IMG/VR virus record: IMGVR_UViG_2974499353_000001
Span: 40,721-104,720 of that record
DNA length: 64,000 nt
Reading direction: 5' to 3' (one strand)
From: a virus
Lineage: Duplodnaviria > Heunggongvirae > Uroviricota > Caudoviricetes > Ackermannviridae
The notes under the pieces are model-generated. The model worked only from the letters and a program-made list of their open reading frames with translations, was not told where the DNA came from and ran no database searches. Of this stretch, positions 8,694 to 18,254 are shown piece after piece (position 1 is the stretch's first letter; every line of letters starts with the position of its first letter). A program made the position numbers and the translations under genes.

Positions 8694-8918
8694 TCAGCGT
8701 TTCAAACTTGCGGCGAGTCCAGTAACGTCGGTCACGGTTTGATCAGCCAGGACAATCACGGGCATAGACATGCGCTGTTTACCAGTGATTTTCTGTAATT
8801 CTTCCAGCTTGTAATCTTTATCAAGTTTCAGAATTTGGTGTTCAATACCGCGAATGCGACAGATGTTTTCAGCTTGTAAACATTGCGCACAACCTTGTTT
8901 GGAATAAATCGTAATCAT
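8694..8918 (-). CDS. nrdH: Glutaredoxin-like protein (NrdH/GrxC-like redoxin) for ribonucleotide reductase
   Basis: CAQC active-site CxxC near the N-terminus (IYSKQGCAQC). 74 aa, thioredoxin-fold size. Immediately downstream of nrdB. Confidence 0.7.
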   Translation of the reverse strand: MITIYSKQGCAQCLQAENICRIRGIEHQILKLDKDYKLEELQKITGKQRMSMPVIVLADQTVTDVTGLAASLKR

Positions 8919-8927
8919 TTCTCACCT

Positions 8928-10031
8928 TTAGGCAAATTTCAGACCGTCGGAGACTGATCCAGTAAGGACACCAGTCAGATAATCAGGGGCTTCCGCTTCC
9001 TGTAATGCATATTGCATTGTTTTATTATCTAGCCACTCATTTATCCATGGCACCGGATTGTCTTTACGGGCTTGTCCTGGATATGGGTGGCCAATAGCTC
9101 CCATACGGTGTGTTGCCAACCAGTCCACCATTTGATGAAGGATATTTGCATTCAGTCCCAGCATTGAGCCGTCTTTGAACAGATAATTCGCCCATTCTTT
9201 TTCTTGGTTGACAACGTCGACATACATCTGGGTCATTTCGCCGCGCAGTTCTTCTCTAATAATGGCAAAATCAGGGTCCATCAGTGGCAGACGGTTCAGG
9301 AAAGTCTGGGTCAGGATGAGGTGATCTTGCTCATCACGAGCAATCTGACGGATGATTTTAGCGTTGCCTTCCATTTTGTTGAGGAATTGCATGAATGCCC
9401 AAGAACACGCAAATGAAACATAGAAACGGACGCCTTCGAGGGAGTTGGCGGCAAACAGAGCACGCCAGAATGCACGCTTGGCGTTCATGATGTCTTCACG
9501 GGTGAACGCGCGTCCAGCCATACGCATCCCGCTGTAACGCACCATGTCGTCGTAGTATACGCTGATCTGTCCGGCGCAATCGACGATCTCCTGAACGTCC
9601 AGAACATGGTCAAAAACGATACCAGGATCATTCACTGTGTTACGAAGGATATGCGTGTAAGATAGTGAGTGGATGGCTTCTTGGCGCGTCCACTCCAGAA
9701 TAGCAAATTGCGCTTCTGGTGTTGATGCCCATGGGCCAAACGCTTCGAACGGAGCAGCACCCTGGATAGAATCCAGCATGGTCTGTCGTTTCAGGTTGCT
9801 GAAGTAGATGTGTTGTTCCGCAGCGGATAGAGTGGCAAAGTCTGCTTTGTCTTTGGTGACATCCACTTCTTCCGGACGCCAGAATTGGCTGAGGCCTTTT
9901 TCATACCATTTTTGAACAAAAGGCCAAGCCACTTTGTCATAACGCTGGATACTTACAGGGTCGCCAAAGAATGGCAGTCCTGTATTATTTGAAGATGGAT
10001 CGAATACTGAGAATTGCTTTTGTTCGTTCAT
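8928..10031 (-). CDS. nrdB: Ribonucleotide reductase class Ia small subunit NrdB
   Basis: Spaced Glu/His iron-ligand pairs (EAIHSLSYTHI, ARDEQDHL) and a tyrosyl-radical region. Size 367 aa. Adjacent to nrdA. Confidence 0.9.
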   Translation of the reverse strand: MNEQKQFSVFDPSSNNTGLPFFGDPVSIQRYDKVAWPFVQKWYEKGLSQFWRPEEVDVTKDKADFATLSAAEQHIYFSNLKRQTMLDSIQGAAPFEAFGPWASTPEAQFAILEWTRQEAIHSLSYTHILRNTVNDPGIVFDHVLDVQEIVDCAGQISVYYDDMVRYSGMRMAGRAFTREDIMNAKRAFWRALFAANSLEGVRFYVSFACSWAFMQFLNKMEGNAKIIRQIARDEQDHLILTQTFLNRLPLMDPDFAIIREELRGEMTQMYVDVVNQEKEWANYLFKDGSMLGLNANILHQMVDWLATHRMGAIGHPYPGQARKDNPVPWINEWLDNKTMQYALQEAEAPDYLTGVLTGSVSDGLKFA

Positions 10032-10050
10032 GTTTCTTTCCTGATGAATA

Positions 10051-10070
10051 AGGGGTGACGAATCACCCCT
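10051..10070 (-). promoter_or_regulatory. Stem-loop AGGGGTGACGAATCACCCCT between nrdA and nrdB, with no T run
   Basis: Perfect 7-bp stem in the 5' UTR of nrdB. A processing or translational-control structure is more likely than a terminator. Confidence 0.4.
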
Positions 10071-10101
10071 GATATTAAACGTTTGTGTTGTATAGACCTA
10101 A

Positions 10102-12384
10102 TCAAACAACACAGGTATCACAAATTTCTTCAACTTGTTTCAACTCTTCATCTTCCTTGGAGTCTTTGTTGGTGTTGTAATACAGAGTTTTACCACCCCA
10201 CATGTAGAAAGACAGAATATCCTGCATCATAAGAGAGCGCGGGATCTTGCCTTCTGGATATTTCTCTGGGTCATACCATGTGTTGGTGCTGATAGATTGA
10301 TCTACCCAACGTTGTATGACCGCAACCGTCTTCAGGTATTCAATACAATCCAGATTCCATTTCAGGTCATATAGAGGACCAAGGGTTTCTACATCCGGAA
10401 CGATCTGTTTATAGACGCCGTCCTTGCTGCCTTTGATGCTGATGAGACCTTTTGGTGGCTCTATACCGTTCGTTGCGTTCAGCACCTGAGAGGAGCTTTC
10501 AGTTGGTGCTACGGCTAACAACGTGGCGTTACGGATCCCATACTCGGATAGGTTCTGCTTAAGACCTTCCCAGTCAAGACCATAGGCTTGCCCAACAGGC
10601 TTTTTGCCATTGGGCAGGATGTCTAGTGGGAGAGGCTGAAGGTCTGCTGTCACAAATCCAGAATCATGGATAGTAGACTTCTTACAAGATCCGAAACGCA
10701 TGGCCAGACGGTTGGACGCTTTGACCAAGTAGAAATGAAGATGTGCCATCCAATTGTCTAGAAGTTCTAATCCGACAGGCGATCCATAACCCGTGAAGTT
10801 CTTGGCCAGGAAATGCGCGACGTTGACGATACCGATACCCAGAGGACGATATTCTTCTACAGCCAAACGGGCTTGGCGAGCTGGGTAGTCCTGATATTCC
10901 AACAACATATCCAAAGCTGAAACCAGAACGAAAGCAACATCTTCCATTTCTGTTGGATCTTCAAACGCCGTCAGGTTAAATGATGCGAGTGTACACAGGG
11001 CAATGCGACCATCTTCATCATCATACTGTTGGAACTCACGAGTTGGGAGCGCGATTTCTAAACATAGATTAGAGCTATAAATCGTGTCCAGATTGAACGG
11101 ACTATACTCGTTCATGTGATCAACGAATGCGATGTAGATCCGGCCAGTGTCAGAACGCTGATCTAGTAGCATTTGGAACACTTCTTCAGCTTGCAGCTTT
11201 TTGGAACGACATAATCCGGCGTCGGCGGCCTTGATCATATTGTCGTACATTTCGCGGAATTTATTGACGTCTGCGAAAAATGCTTCATACATTTCGCGGT
11301 TGTCTTTTGGATCAAACAGGTATAGAGGCTGTTTGTTCACCAGGCGCTCGAACATGACGCGGTTAATCTGAATCCCATAGTCGATACGGCGTTCACGGTT
11401 CTCTTCCAATCCACGGTTGTTTTTGAGAACAACGACATCATCAAATTGATAATGCCAGATGGGAACATAGCATGTCGCCGATCCACCACGGATACCACCT
11501 TGAGAGCAAGACTTCAGGGCACCAGTCAAATACTTGATGAATGGAACCAGACCTGTATGGACCATTTCCCCTTTACGGATAGGGCTACCGATGCCACGAA
11601 TTGCCCCAACATCGAATCCGATGCCAGCACGTTTGGAAACATAATCCACGATGCTTTTCGCAGTGGCATTAATTGAGTCCAATGTATCACCAGTTTTGAT
11701 CAACACACAAGAGCTGAACTGTCGGGTCGGTGTCCGGACACCGGACATAATAGGTGTTGGAAGACTGAATTTGCCTGTACTGGCGTATTCATAGAACTTC
11801 TTCACCATTGTCAGTCTGCTTTCTTTATCCCACGCTGAGAATAATGCCATAGCGATTGCCATGTACATGACTTGAGGGGTTTCATAATACACTTTGCTGT
11901 CAGAAGAACGATCGCGCAAAAGATATTTTTGCGTGAGCTGGCCCATAGCCGCCCAAGTAAAATTCTTGTCGCGTTTGTGGTTGATGACTGTGTTAAGTTC
12001 TTCGAATTCTTCTTTAGAGTAAAGTTCGAGGAATTCGCGGTCATAAACACCCAGCTTGGTGTTCTTTGCAAAGATATCCAGCAAATGAGGTGGCTTGTAC
12101 TGACCATAGACAACCTTGCGCAGGTCATACGACTTCAGGCGGGCAGCAACATATTGATAGTTGGGTTTATCAACAGAAATTAAGGTGGCCGCAGCTTGGA
12201 TAATGATATCCTGAATGCGTTCGGTTTTCATGTTATCGGTGAATTGGATCTTCGATGCAGCTTCCACCTCAGACACCGATACTCCTTCAAGGCCGTCGCA
12301 TGCTCGTTCAATAACGGTATGGAGTTTTTCAATGTCAAAGGGGACAGAAGATCCGTCCCGCTTTATGATGTTGATTTCATTCAT
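10102..12384 (-). CDS. nrdA: Ribonucleotide reductase class Ia large subunit NrdA
   Basis: N-terminal ATP cone, catalytic NLCLEIALP (the NxCxE motif) and C-terminal CxxC redox tail (CDTCVV). 760 aa. Confidence 0.9.
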   Translation of the reverse strand: MNEINIIKRDGSSVPFDIEKLHTVIERACDGLEGVSVSEVEAASKIQFTDNMKTERIQDIIIQAAATLISVDKPNYQYVAARLKSYDLRKVVYGQYKPPHLLDIFAKNTKLGVYDREFLELYSKEEFEELNTVINHKRDKNFTWAAMGQLTQKYLLRDRSSDSKVYYETPQVMYMAIAMALFSAWDKESRLTMVKKFYEYASTGKFSLPTPIMSGVRTPTRQFSSCVLIKTGDTLDSINATAKSIVDYVSKRAGIGFDVGAIRGIGSPIRKGEMVHTGLVPFIKYLTGALKSCSQGGIRGGSATCYVPIWHYQFDDVVVLKNNRGLEENRERRIDYGIQINRVMFERLVNKQPLYLFDPKDNREMYEAFFADVNKFREMYDNMIKAADAGLCRSKKLQAEEVFQMLLDQRSDTGRIYIAFVDHMNEYSPFNLDTIYSSNLCLEIALPTREFQQYDDEDGRIALCTLASFNLTAFEDPTEMEDVAFVLVSALDMLLEYQDYPARQARLAVEEYRPLGIGIVNVAHFLAKNFTGYGSPVGLELLDNWMAHLHFYLVKASNRLAMRFGSCKKSTIHDSGFVTADLQPLPLDILPNGKKPVGQAYGLDWEGLKQNLSEYGIRNATLLAVAPTESSSQVLNATNGIEPPKGLISIKGSKDGVYKQIVPDVETLGPLYDLKWNLDCIEYLKTVAVIQRWVDQSISTNTWYDPEKYPEGKIPRSLMMQDILSFYMWGGKTLYYNTNKDSKEDEELKQVEEICDTCVV

Positions 12385-12428
12385 TTCAATTTCCTGTTGG
12401 TTTGATAAGCGTTACTACACAGATACTT

Positions 12429-13088
12429 CTAGAGATTAAAGAAATTAACCCAATCTGGGTCTTCTTTTGGTATCCAACCGGTTTTAAATTTTTTGACCAT
12501 TGTTTCATGTGGCGTGGTTTTATTAGAGAAACCGAAATGTTTAGCCATGACGGTATATCCTGTTTGGTTTATTTTCCACCACTCATAATATACATCAGCC
12601 ATCTTCCATATCTCTAATGATACTTCGGTCGCTTTATTACTTTTCCATGGAGGTTGTATAGTGAATATACCGTTTTCCTTTAAACGTTCTGATTGAGCCT
12701 TTCTTAATCCTGGATTTTCTTCGTGGGTCCTTTTCATTCTTTCAGATCTTATTTTTCTAAGATTTGGTTTGTCTACATACATTTGCCTGTTGGATTCTGA
12801 TAACCTACGGCGTAGCCAGCCAAATAATTTATTACAAGACCTACCCGAAAACTCGTTGTTGATACACATGGCATTAGCAGCAAATGCTAATTTGAAATTG
12901 TTTGGATATATCTTGACCAACAATTGGTGTACCAGATAATGTTCTTCTGGAGTTAATTCTACCAAATTATCCTTATCGTTCTTACCACCCATGCATCTGG
13001 GTATAATATGGTGTGTCTCGGTATAACCAAGAAATGAACGTTTCCTGGCTCTTTCTATCAAAGAGTCATGTATTTTTCGGTAATTCAT
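12429..13088 (-). CDS. Free-standing HNH homing endonuclease (Mob-like)
   Basis: HNH motif ETHHIIPRCMGGKNDKDNLVELTPEEHYLVH. C-terminal DNA-binding region is homologous to the C-terminus of the GIY-YIG enzyme at 57700..58347. Has its own TATAAT and SD. Confidence 0.8.
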   Translation of the reverse strand: MNYRKIHDSLIERARKRSFLGYTETHHIIPRCMGGKNDKDNLVELTPEEHYLVHQLLVKIYPNNFKLAFAANAMCINNEFSGRSCNKLFGWLRRRLSESNRQMYVDKPNLRKIRSERMKRTHEENPGLRKAQSERLKENGIFTIQPPWKSNKATEVSLEIWKMADVYYEWWKINQTGYTVMAKHFGFSNKTTPHETMVKKFKTGWIPKEDPDWVNFFNL

Positions 13089-13154
13089 ACCTATCTCATA
13101 AAATTATAAAGCCGCCTCCATGGATTGAAGGCGACGGGGAAGTTCGTGTGGTAT

Positions 13155-14030
13155 TTAAATGTTGTACAGGTCGTTAATTTCTAGCATCAGGCGGGTGAAG
13201 TTACCGCGTCCATTACGATCAGACTTATCGAATTCGATGATGCTGAATGGTTGAACCCACTCTGGATATTCATCCCCGATTTCTACACCGTCAATTTGCA
13301 AGGAACCTGTTTCCAGCTTGTTGTTGAAGTCTTTAAAAGAATCCACATACGTCTGTAACGCACTATCACGCAGTCGCTTGTTAGACTGTTTGATATCTCC
13401 ATTCACGAAGATGTACGAAGAATCTGAAGCACGAGTCAACAAGTTTTTCAGCTGCTCCATATCGCATTCCTGCGCCTCTTCGATAATCAGGAAACAATCA
13501 TCGAAGGTCATTCCCTTTACAGTTTCAAGGTCTTGAATTTCTATGATGCGTTTCTCCCACAGATAGTTGAAGAAACCGTCGGAACCCGTATCTGTTTTGA
13601 GAACCTTTTTGAATGTCTGTATGAGCGGCATCAAATAAGGCATCAGCTTTTCATACGTGTCACCAGGCCGGAACCCCGCTGTGGTTCCGGTCGGTAAAGG
13701 AGAACGCGTGATGATAATCTTGTTGATGGTTTTGTCAATCAGATGTTTTGCTGCAGCAGATGCACCACAATAGGATTTGCCTGTACCTGCCGGACCGATA
13801 GCGATAGTGAGGTGTTCGTTTAATGCGGATTGATATGCGAGGTTCTGATTTTCTGAGAGGCCATTGAACGGAGCAATTTTGAAATCACCTTTAGAAAATT
13901 TCATCCAGTCTTCTTCCTTCTGGATGGTGTCTTTCTTACGAGCAGATTTTGTCTTCGCTGGCTTCATGGATACAACTTTAGACGCAGATTGCATGTTGAA
14001 CCTTCCTATATCTACAGGGGTTGTCGACAC
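13155..14030 (-). CDS. phoH: PhoH-like ATPase
   Basis: Walker A motif AIGPAGTGKSY, Walker B motif FLIIEEAQ, PhoH-family length. Confidence 0.85.
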   Translation of the reverse strand: MSTTPVDIGRFNMQSASKVVSMKPAKTKSARKKDTIQKEEDWMKFSKGDFKIAPFNGLSENQNLAYQSALNEHLTIAIGPAGTGKSYCGASAAAKHLIDKTINKIIITRSPLPTGTTAGFRPGDTYEKLMPYLMPLIQTFKKVLKTDTGSDGFFNYLWEKRIIEIQDLETVKGMTFDDCFLIIEEAQECDMEQLKNLLTRASDSSYIFVNGDIKQSNKRLRDSALQTYVDSFKDFNNKLETGSLQIDGVEIGDEYPEWVQPFSIIEFDKSDRNGRGNFTRLMLEINDLYNI

Positions 14031-14078
14031 CTTTAATTAAGCGACACGCCCAGCATACCTGTATATCAGATAAAGAAA

Positions 14079-14096
14079 AAGGCCGTTTCCGGCCTT
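14079..14096 (-). terminator. Rho-independent terminator AAGGCCGTTTCCGGCCTT after the endolysin gene
   Basis: Hairpin followed by a T run on the minus strand. Confidence 0.6.
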
Positions 14097-14101
14097 GAGA
14101 A

Positions 14102-14896
14102 TTAGCAGAAACTCTTGTATGCTGCCGCCAGTTTGGTGTCATACTGGTTCTTGGCGTATGCTGGACCATTGTACCGACGAGCAAACTCGGCCCAATTCTT
14201 GTTCTTCAGGGCTTTCCACATATTGGCATCAGCCTTGATGAACTTGACAAATGCCAGAAGGTGGGCGCGTTCACCAGTCAGGAAATCAGTGAACATCTCT
14301 TTGGCATTTGAATAGCCACAGATTTGGCAGTTGAACCCCATGATCTGGAATAGGCCGTAGGAAGCACTCTCGTAAGCGCAGTCCTCGTCAAGGGCGATTG
14401 CACCCTGAAGGCGTTCCAACTCCGCGTCTCCGCCGATATACCCGCCAGAATTGGGGTTAACCAATGTTGGGTAGAGTTGGTACAGAGCATTGGCTCTTGC
14501 TTGCCCGAATTTGGCCGTCACCTTTTTGTACATGATGTGGCGCTCAAACAGAGTTTTGATCTTGCCAGTTTTGGTAAAACCCGTGCCACGGGATTCTACC
14601 TGATTCACCGCTTTCATACTGGCCAGCTCAACACCAAGTTCACGTGCTGCGTCAACCAAGTCCGCTTCGGTCAGATGTTCCTGGTGAGCGTCTCCAGCGT
14701 TGCGGATAGCATAGAAGGTCTTTGGCCCAGCAATACCATCAATAACCAATCCAGCACCTGCCTGAACGGATTTGACGGCATTCTCTGTTGCCTTACCAAA
14801 TATGCCATCGGCTGTAAGAGAGAAACCGATTTTGTTGAGGCTTTGTTGAAGTGCTTTGACTTCAGAACCTCGGTTGCCAAGTTTTAGAATGGCCAT
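14102..14896 (-). CDS. Endolysin with an N-terminal peptidoglycan-binding domain and a C-terminal N-acetylmuramidase (DUF3380-type) domain
   Basis: PG_binding_1-like repeat (GSEVKALQQSLNKIGF...DGIFGKATENAV) and the muramidase signature SYGLFQIMGFN. Start moved to the ATG (MAILKLG), which has a GGAGGT SD. Confidence 0.75.
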   Translation of the reverse strand: MAILKLGNRGSEVKALQQSLNKIGFSLTADGIFGKATENAVKSVQAGAGLVIDGIAGPKTFYAIRNAGDAHQEHLTEADLVDAARELGVELASMKAVNQVESRGTGFTKTGKIKTLFERHIMYKKVTAKFGQARANALYQLYPTLVNPNSGGYIGGDAELERLQGAIALDEDCAYESASYGLFQIMGFNCQICGYSNAKEMFTDFLTGERAHLLAFVKFIKADANMWKALKNKNWAEFARRYNGPAYAKNQYDTKLAAAYKSFC

Positions 14897-14965
14897 AAGA
14901 AAATACCTCCGCAATGTATGCGAAGGTATTTAAAGTGAAAGTCGAACTTGAGGATTTAGTGTCGA

Positions 14966-15154
14966 TTATCTGACTACGACGACAGGCATGATTTCTTTGA
15001 AGGAAGTCCTAACTTCGGAATCATACCTATATTTTTCAAATATTTTCAACATCGCTTGTTCCAGTTCCTCTTGGAACTGAGGAAAGTGCGCGTTGGGAAT
15101 TCGGTCGGCAACCCATAGAGCGCCAGGAGAGGCTTGGATAATTGCTCTACTCAT
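14966..15154 (-). CDS. Hypothetical protein (62 aa)
   Basis: ORF track with SD TAGGAG. No motif. Confidence 0.4.
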   Translation of the reverse strand: MSRAIIQASPGALWVADRIPNAHFPQFQEELEQAMLKIFEKYRYDSEVRTSFKEIMPVVVVR

Positions 15155-15182
15155 GTCTCATTCTCCTACCAAAACTTTGAAA

Positions 15183-15199
15183 GGGGGAGGTTTCCCCCC
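15183..15199 (-). terminator. Terminator GGGGGAGGTTTCCCCCC after the 15206 gene
   Basis: Perfect hairpin followed by a T-rich run on the minus strand. Confidence 0.6.
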
Positions 15200-15205
15200 T
15201 TGCGG

Positions 15206-15694
15206 TTAAGCCAATTTGTTCACCAGAGTTTCTACTGCGTCGGCGCTCAGTTTACCCATTTTGACATACTGGGATTTCGCTTCACCGCCAGCGGCTTTCA
15301 CGATATCACTGTTGTCATAACCCTTTTTCGGGAATACCATCACGGAGAAGGTTCCGTTGTTCAGCGGGTTCAGCTGAATGCGGCCTTTGCCGACTACGAT
15401 GGTGCCGTAAGTTTCAGTATTCGCTTCGACAACGTGGATGTCATGGCCCAGGTCTTTCAGCATGCCAACCTTGTCAGCAGTCTTGGCAACTACAGCTTTG
15501 TCTACGACAACCTGCTCTACCAGGGTGAAGCCGTTGGTCGCTTTCACTTTGCCGTTCAGCAGATTCATGAAGGAAGTTTTGCCACCAGTGAAGCCAGCTG
15601 CCTGAGCGATGCGGAACATTTCAACTTTTGCAACTTCGGTGTTCAGTTCAAAAGAGATGGTGCCGTTGGTGATCAGAGTTTTGGTAGTAGCCAT
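15206..15694 (-). CDS. Hypothetical protein (about 162 aa), starting MATTKT. Monocistronic unit with its own promoter and terminator.
   Basis: Strong SD GAGGAA 8 nt upstream of the ATG. The track start is a GTG inside the conserved leader. Early cassette upstream. Confidence 0.55.
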   Translation of the reverse strand: MATTKTLITNGTISFELNTEVAKVEMFRIAQAAGFTGGKTSFMNLLNGKVKATNGFTLVEQVVVDKAVVAKTADKVGMLKDLGHDIHVVEANTETYGTIVVGKGRIQLNPLNNGTFSVMVFPKKGYDNSDIVKAAGGEAKSQYVKMGKLSADAVETLVNKLA

Positions 15695-15767
15695 GATGTA
15701 ATTCCTCATAATGTAGTTGGGTCGTTTCACTTTTCATTCGGCGGGGTGTTGTGTACCGCCCTATGTG

Positions 15768-15830
15768 AACTATAATAGTGCATGATTATTGAAGAGTAAA
15801 GTCTTTTTCAATAAATTTTTAAATTATTTT
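15768..15830 (-). promoter_or_regulatory. Early promoter cassette (UP-like AT repeats, CTTTAC, TCTTCAATAA spacer, TATTAT)
   Basis: Minus-strand reading: GACTTTACTCTTCAATAATCATGCAC TATTAT. Shares the TTCAATAA spacer motif with the other cassettes. Confidence 0.5.
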
Positions 15831-15844
15831 TGAAGTATTTTAAA

Positions 15845-15868
15845 AGGCCTCGTAGAATGAGGCCTAGA
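15845..15868 (-). terminator. Terminator AAGGCCTCGTAGAATGAGGCCT
   Basis: Hairpin plus T run after the 15894 gene. Confidence 0.55.
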
Positions 15869-15893
15869 GAGAAGGTTTTTGAGTTAAAAAGTT

Positions 15894-16103
15894 TTAGGTC
15901 GGCTTCTTTTTCAAATACTGGCGAGCCAAATCCATTTGTTCTTCAGTGATAGGACAACCGCCGAAGTCCACCATTCCATTCCTCCAACCATGGATGAAAC
16001 TCTTAGATTCTAAACCAGATAGGACATATCCTTCACGGGCTTGCATATACCCTCGAAGAATCTCTTCATCGTCCATACTATTCAGTTCTTTTAAATCCAT
16101 CAT
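15894..16103 (-). CDS. Hypothetical protein (69 aa)
   Basis: ORF track with SD GAGGAAG. Confidence 0.45.
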   Translation of the reverse strand: MMDLKELNSMDDEEILRGYMQAREGYVLSGLESKSFIHGWRNGMVDFGGCPITEEQMDLARQYLKKKPT

Positions 16104-17164
16104 ATCTTCCTCAAGTCAGAAAATCGTAAGGACGCCGACAGTCCCTGATATACGTTCTTGGCTATGATCTGAAGCAGATCCCGTATCGGGATATTTCCCT
16201 TGTCGGGGCGAACCATATCATTGATATCCTTCCACGGTATTTCCGGTGGAAACAGAACGACTTTGACTCCACTGTCTATCATTTTCTGTATACCATCACA
16301 AACTTGTTTGTTTCGATATTGGTTGTCAGGGATATAGATATCCCCCTTGGCGCTCAGAAGGTCGGCATCCGCAGTTGCTAAACAATTCGGGAGGAACAGG
16401 CTATCAATTGGACCTTCAACGACCAATTTGGTCTTATTCCATATGATGCGCTCTTCCCCATAGATTTTAGTATCCTCGTTTTTGGGCTTGACAGTGGCGT
16501 ACCGCAACACATTATCAGGAAGGTTATCACCGAATGCGCGCCCCTGAACGATCTTCATGCGACCGTCTTGAGTCCAGAATGGGATTACCAGCCGCTCATC
16601 TTCGGGTATCTTCTTCTGCTTCTCAACATCCGTTTCGAAACTCAGAAGATCTTGACGAAAATTCCTGCTGTAATACAACAAAGATAACGTGCTCTCCGGC
16701 ATTCCTCTGCCTTCAACATAACGACGCGCAATATGATCACGATCAAGAAGATCAAGGCGTATCATATTCCCAAGGTGCTCTTCATCTCGTTTGGCGACCT
16801 GAGAACCGATACGCGCTGTTTGGGTGAGGCGCTGTAATGGCTTGAGTTTTTGTAGGGGGCGTGAATTGGTGTCCCCCATGATTCTGAATTTTTCAAGATT
16901 ATATTCGTTGTACAATCTCTCATCAAACTTCTTCAACCAAAACTCAAACGCCCAACCACTCATCTCGTTGCAGTTGTGACACTTAAAACGAAACACATCG
17001 TCATCACGATCATAAAAGAAGTGACCACGACGCTTGTTGGCACTCTTCTTAGAATCCCCACATAATGGGCAACGAAATTTGGCGACAGCGCCAACACGTT
17101 CCCAACTGAATTTATCAAGTCGGGGGGCGAGAAAATTGATGTATTGTTCGTCCAAGAATTTCAT
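16100..17164 (-). CDS. 61: DNA primase gp61
   Basis: N-terminal zinc finger similar to T4 gp61 (FRCPLCGDSKK...CHNC). TOPRIM region LVVEGPIDSLFLPN versus T4 YVLEGPIDSLFI. Confidence 0.85.
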   Translation of the reverse strand: MKFLDEQYINFLAPRLDKFSWERVGAVAKFRCPLCGDSKKSANKRRGHFFYDRDDDVFRFKCHNCNEMSGWAFEFWLKKFDERLYNEYNLEKFRIMGDTNSRPLQKLKPLQRLTQTARIGSQVAKRDEEHLGNMIRLDLLDRDHIARRYVEGRGMPESTLSLLYYSRNFRQDLLSFETDVEKQKKIPEDERLVIPFWTQDGRMKIVQGRAFGDNLPDNVLRYATVKPKNEDTKIYGEERIIWNKTKLVVEGPIDSLFLPNCLATADADLLSAKGDIYIPDNQYRNKQVCDGIQKMIDSGVKVVLFPPEIPWKDINDMVRPDKGNIPIRDLLQIIAKNVYQGLSASLRFSDLRKI

Positions 17165-17781
17165 TAGATATTTGGCCTCTGGAACACTTCTGTCACATTA
17201 TAATCCACCCCGCGACTTTGAGCTATGCAAAGCTGTCGCCAAGCCCCATACAGAATATTTTGTTCCGCAACCTGATTGCGATCAAAGTTGGCAAATTCTT
17301 CCAGCATCTGTTTGTACCCTAATAGATAAGGAGGGATATCTGTAGGACTTCTTTTGCCCAAAGATTTAGACAAATATGATGCATAATGTTCCGGTGAAGA
17401 CAAAGAGGAATATTGCATATTCGGAACGTGAACGGGCTTCAAAGATTTTCTAGGGGTGAAGTACAACAAACCCCATTTGGGAGGGAGGTCTTCAATTTTA
17501 ATAACATCTGCTGGGCAAACATAGAAACGATATGCTCCCATGCCTATGGAAGGATTCATGCGATGAGGTTTCTTTTTGTCTGTCAGGAAGTCGGCGCGGG
17601 AGACTTTAACTTCCATTAATATAGAACAACCCCCAGGTCTGAACCCGATGGCGTCAGGGGATTCACGATTATCGAATGAATTTGGTTCTACGAACACAGC
17701 ACCACAATTCATTTGTTTGTGTAGAAATTTTGCAGCGATTTGACAACCTTCTGAGTGAGAAGGTATAAAGATTTTGCCCAT
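17164..17781 (-). CDS. Putative PD-(D/E)xK-fold nuclease-like protein
   Basis: Motif SPDAIGF...ILMEVKV has the spacing of a D...ExK core. Otherwise unknown. Confidence 0.4.
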   Translation of the reverse strand: MGKIFIPSHSEGCQIAAKFLHKQMNCGAVFVEPNSFDNRESPDAIGFRPGGCSILMEVKVSRADFLTDKKKPHRMNPSIGMGAYRFYVCPADVIKIEDLPPKWGLLYFTPRKSLKPVHVPNMQYSSLSSPEHYASYLSKSLGKRSPTDIPPYLLGYKQMLEEFANFDRNQVAEQNILYGAWRQLCIAQSRGVDYNVTEVFQRPNI

Positions 17782-17844
17782 TGTTATCTGTATCCTATTG
17801 ATGACGAATGGGCAAAATTATAACCTGACGATGATCCTATTGAG

Positions 17845-18198
17845 TTAGGACAATTGCTTCAGTTTGTAAATCGTTTGATAGCACAAAGTTTTGATTTCAT
17901 CAAGCGTATTTTGAAGATGGCTGTCGCATTGACCATAAATTCCGTTTACGTCGATAACAACACTGTTGACATACGATATAGGATCTGGGTTGTACAGTTT
18001 AATATTCTCAAACCCTGGGACATATACACCACCCGCGCCGATATATGCCTCTGTGAAGGTATCCAGCAAGTCCTCCAGTTCCCCGTAGAACTCCCCGAGT
18101 GCCTTGTGCTTGGCATAGGACGTTGTAACGAAGTGGAGGGCATGGGAGTGGGCTATAGCAAGCAGTCCACGGTTGATGAATATACTCGCATTGACCAT
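17845..18198 (-). CDS. Hypothetical protein (about 117 aa). Start at the ATG with SD AGGGG; the track start is a GTG.
   Basis: ORF plus SD. A hairpin (CCCCCTAAATACAGGGGG) lies upstream. Confidence 0.45.
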   Translation of the reverse strand: MVNASIFINRGLLAIAHSHALHFVTTSYAKHKALGEFYGELEDLLDTFTEAYIGAGGVYVPGFENIKLYNPDPISYVNSVVIDVNGIYGQCDSHLQNTLDEIKTLCYQTIYKLKQLS

Positions 18199-18254
18199 GA
18201 TATTTACCCCTAAAAAGAAAATCCCCCTGTATTTAGGGGGATTGTATTTTATAA

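Noticed and set aside
8928-12384. Group I intron or intein interrupting nrdA or nrdB, as in T4 nrdB and td
   Set aside because: Both ORFs are continuous and of normal length (760 and 367 aa) with motifs in order. The mobile element here is the free-standing HNH gene.
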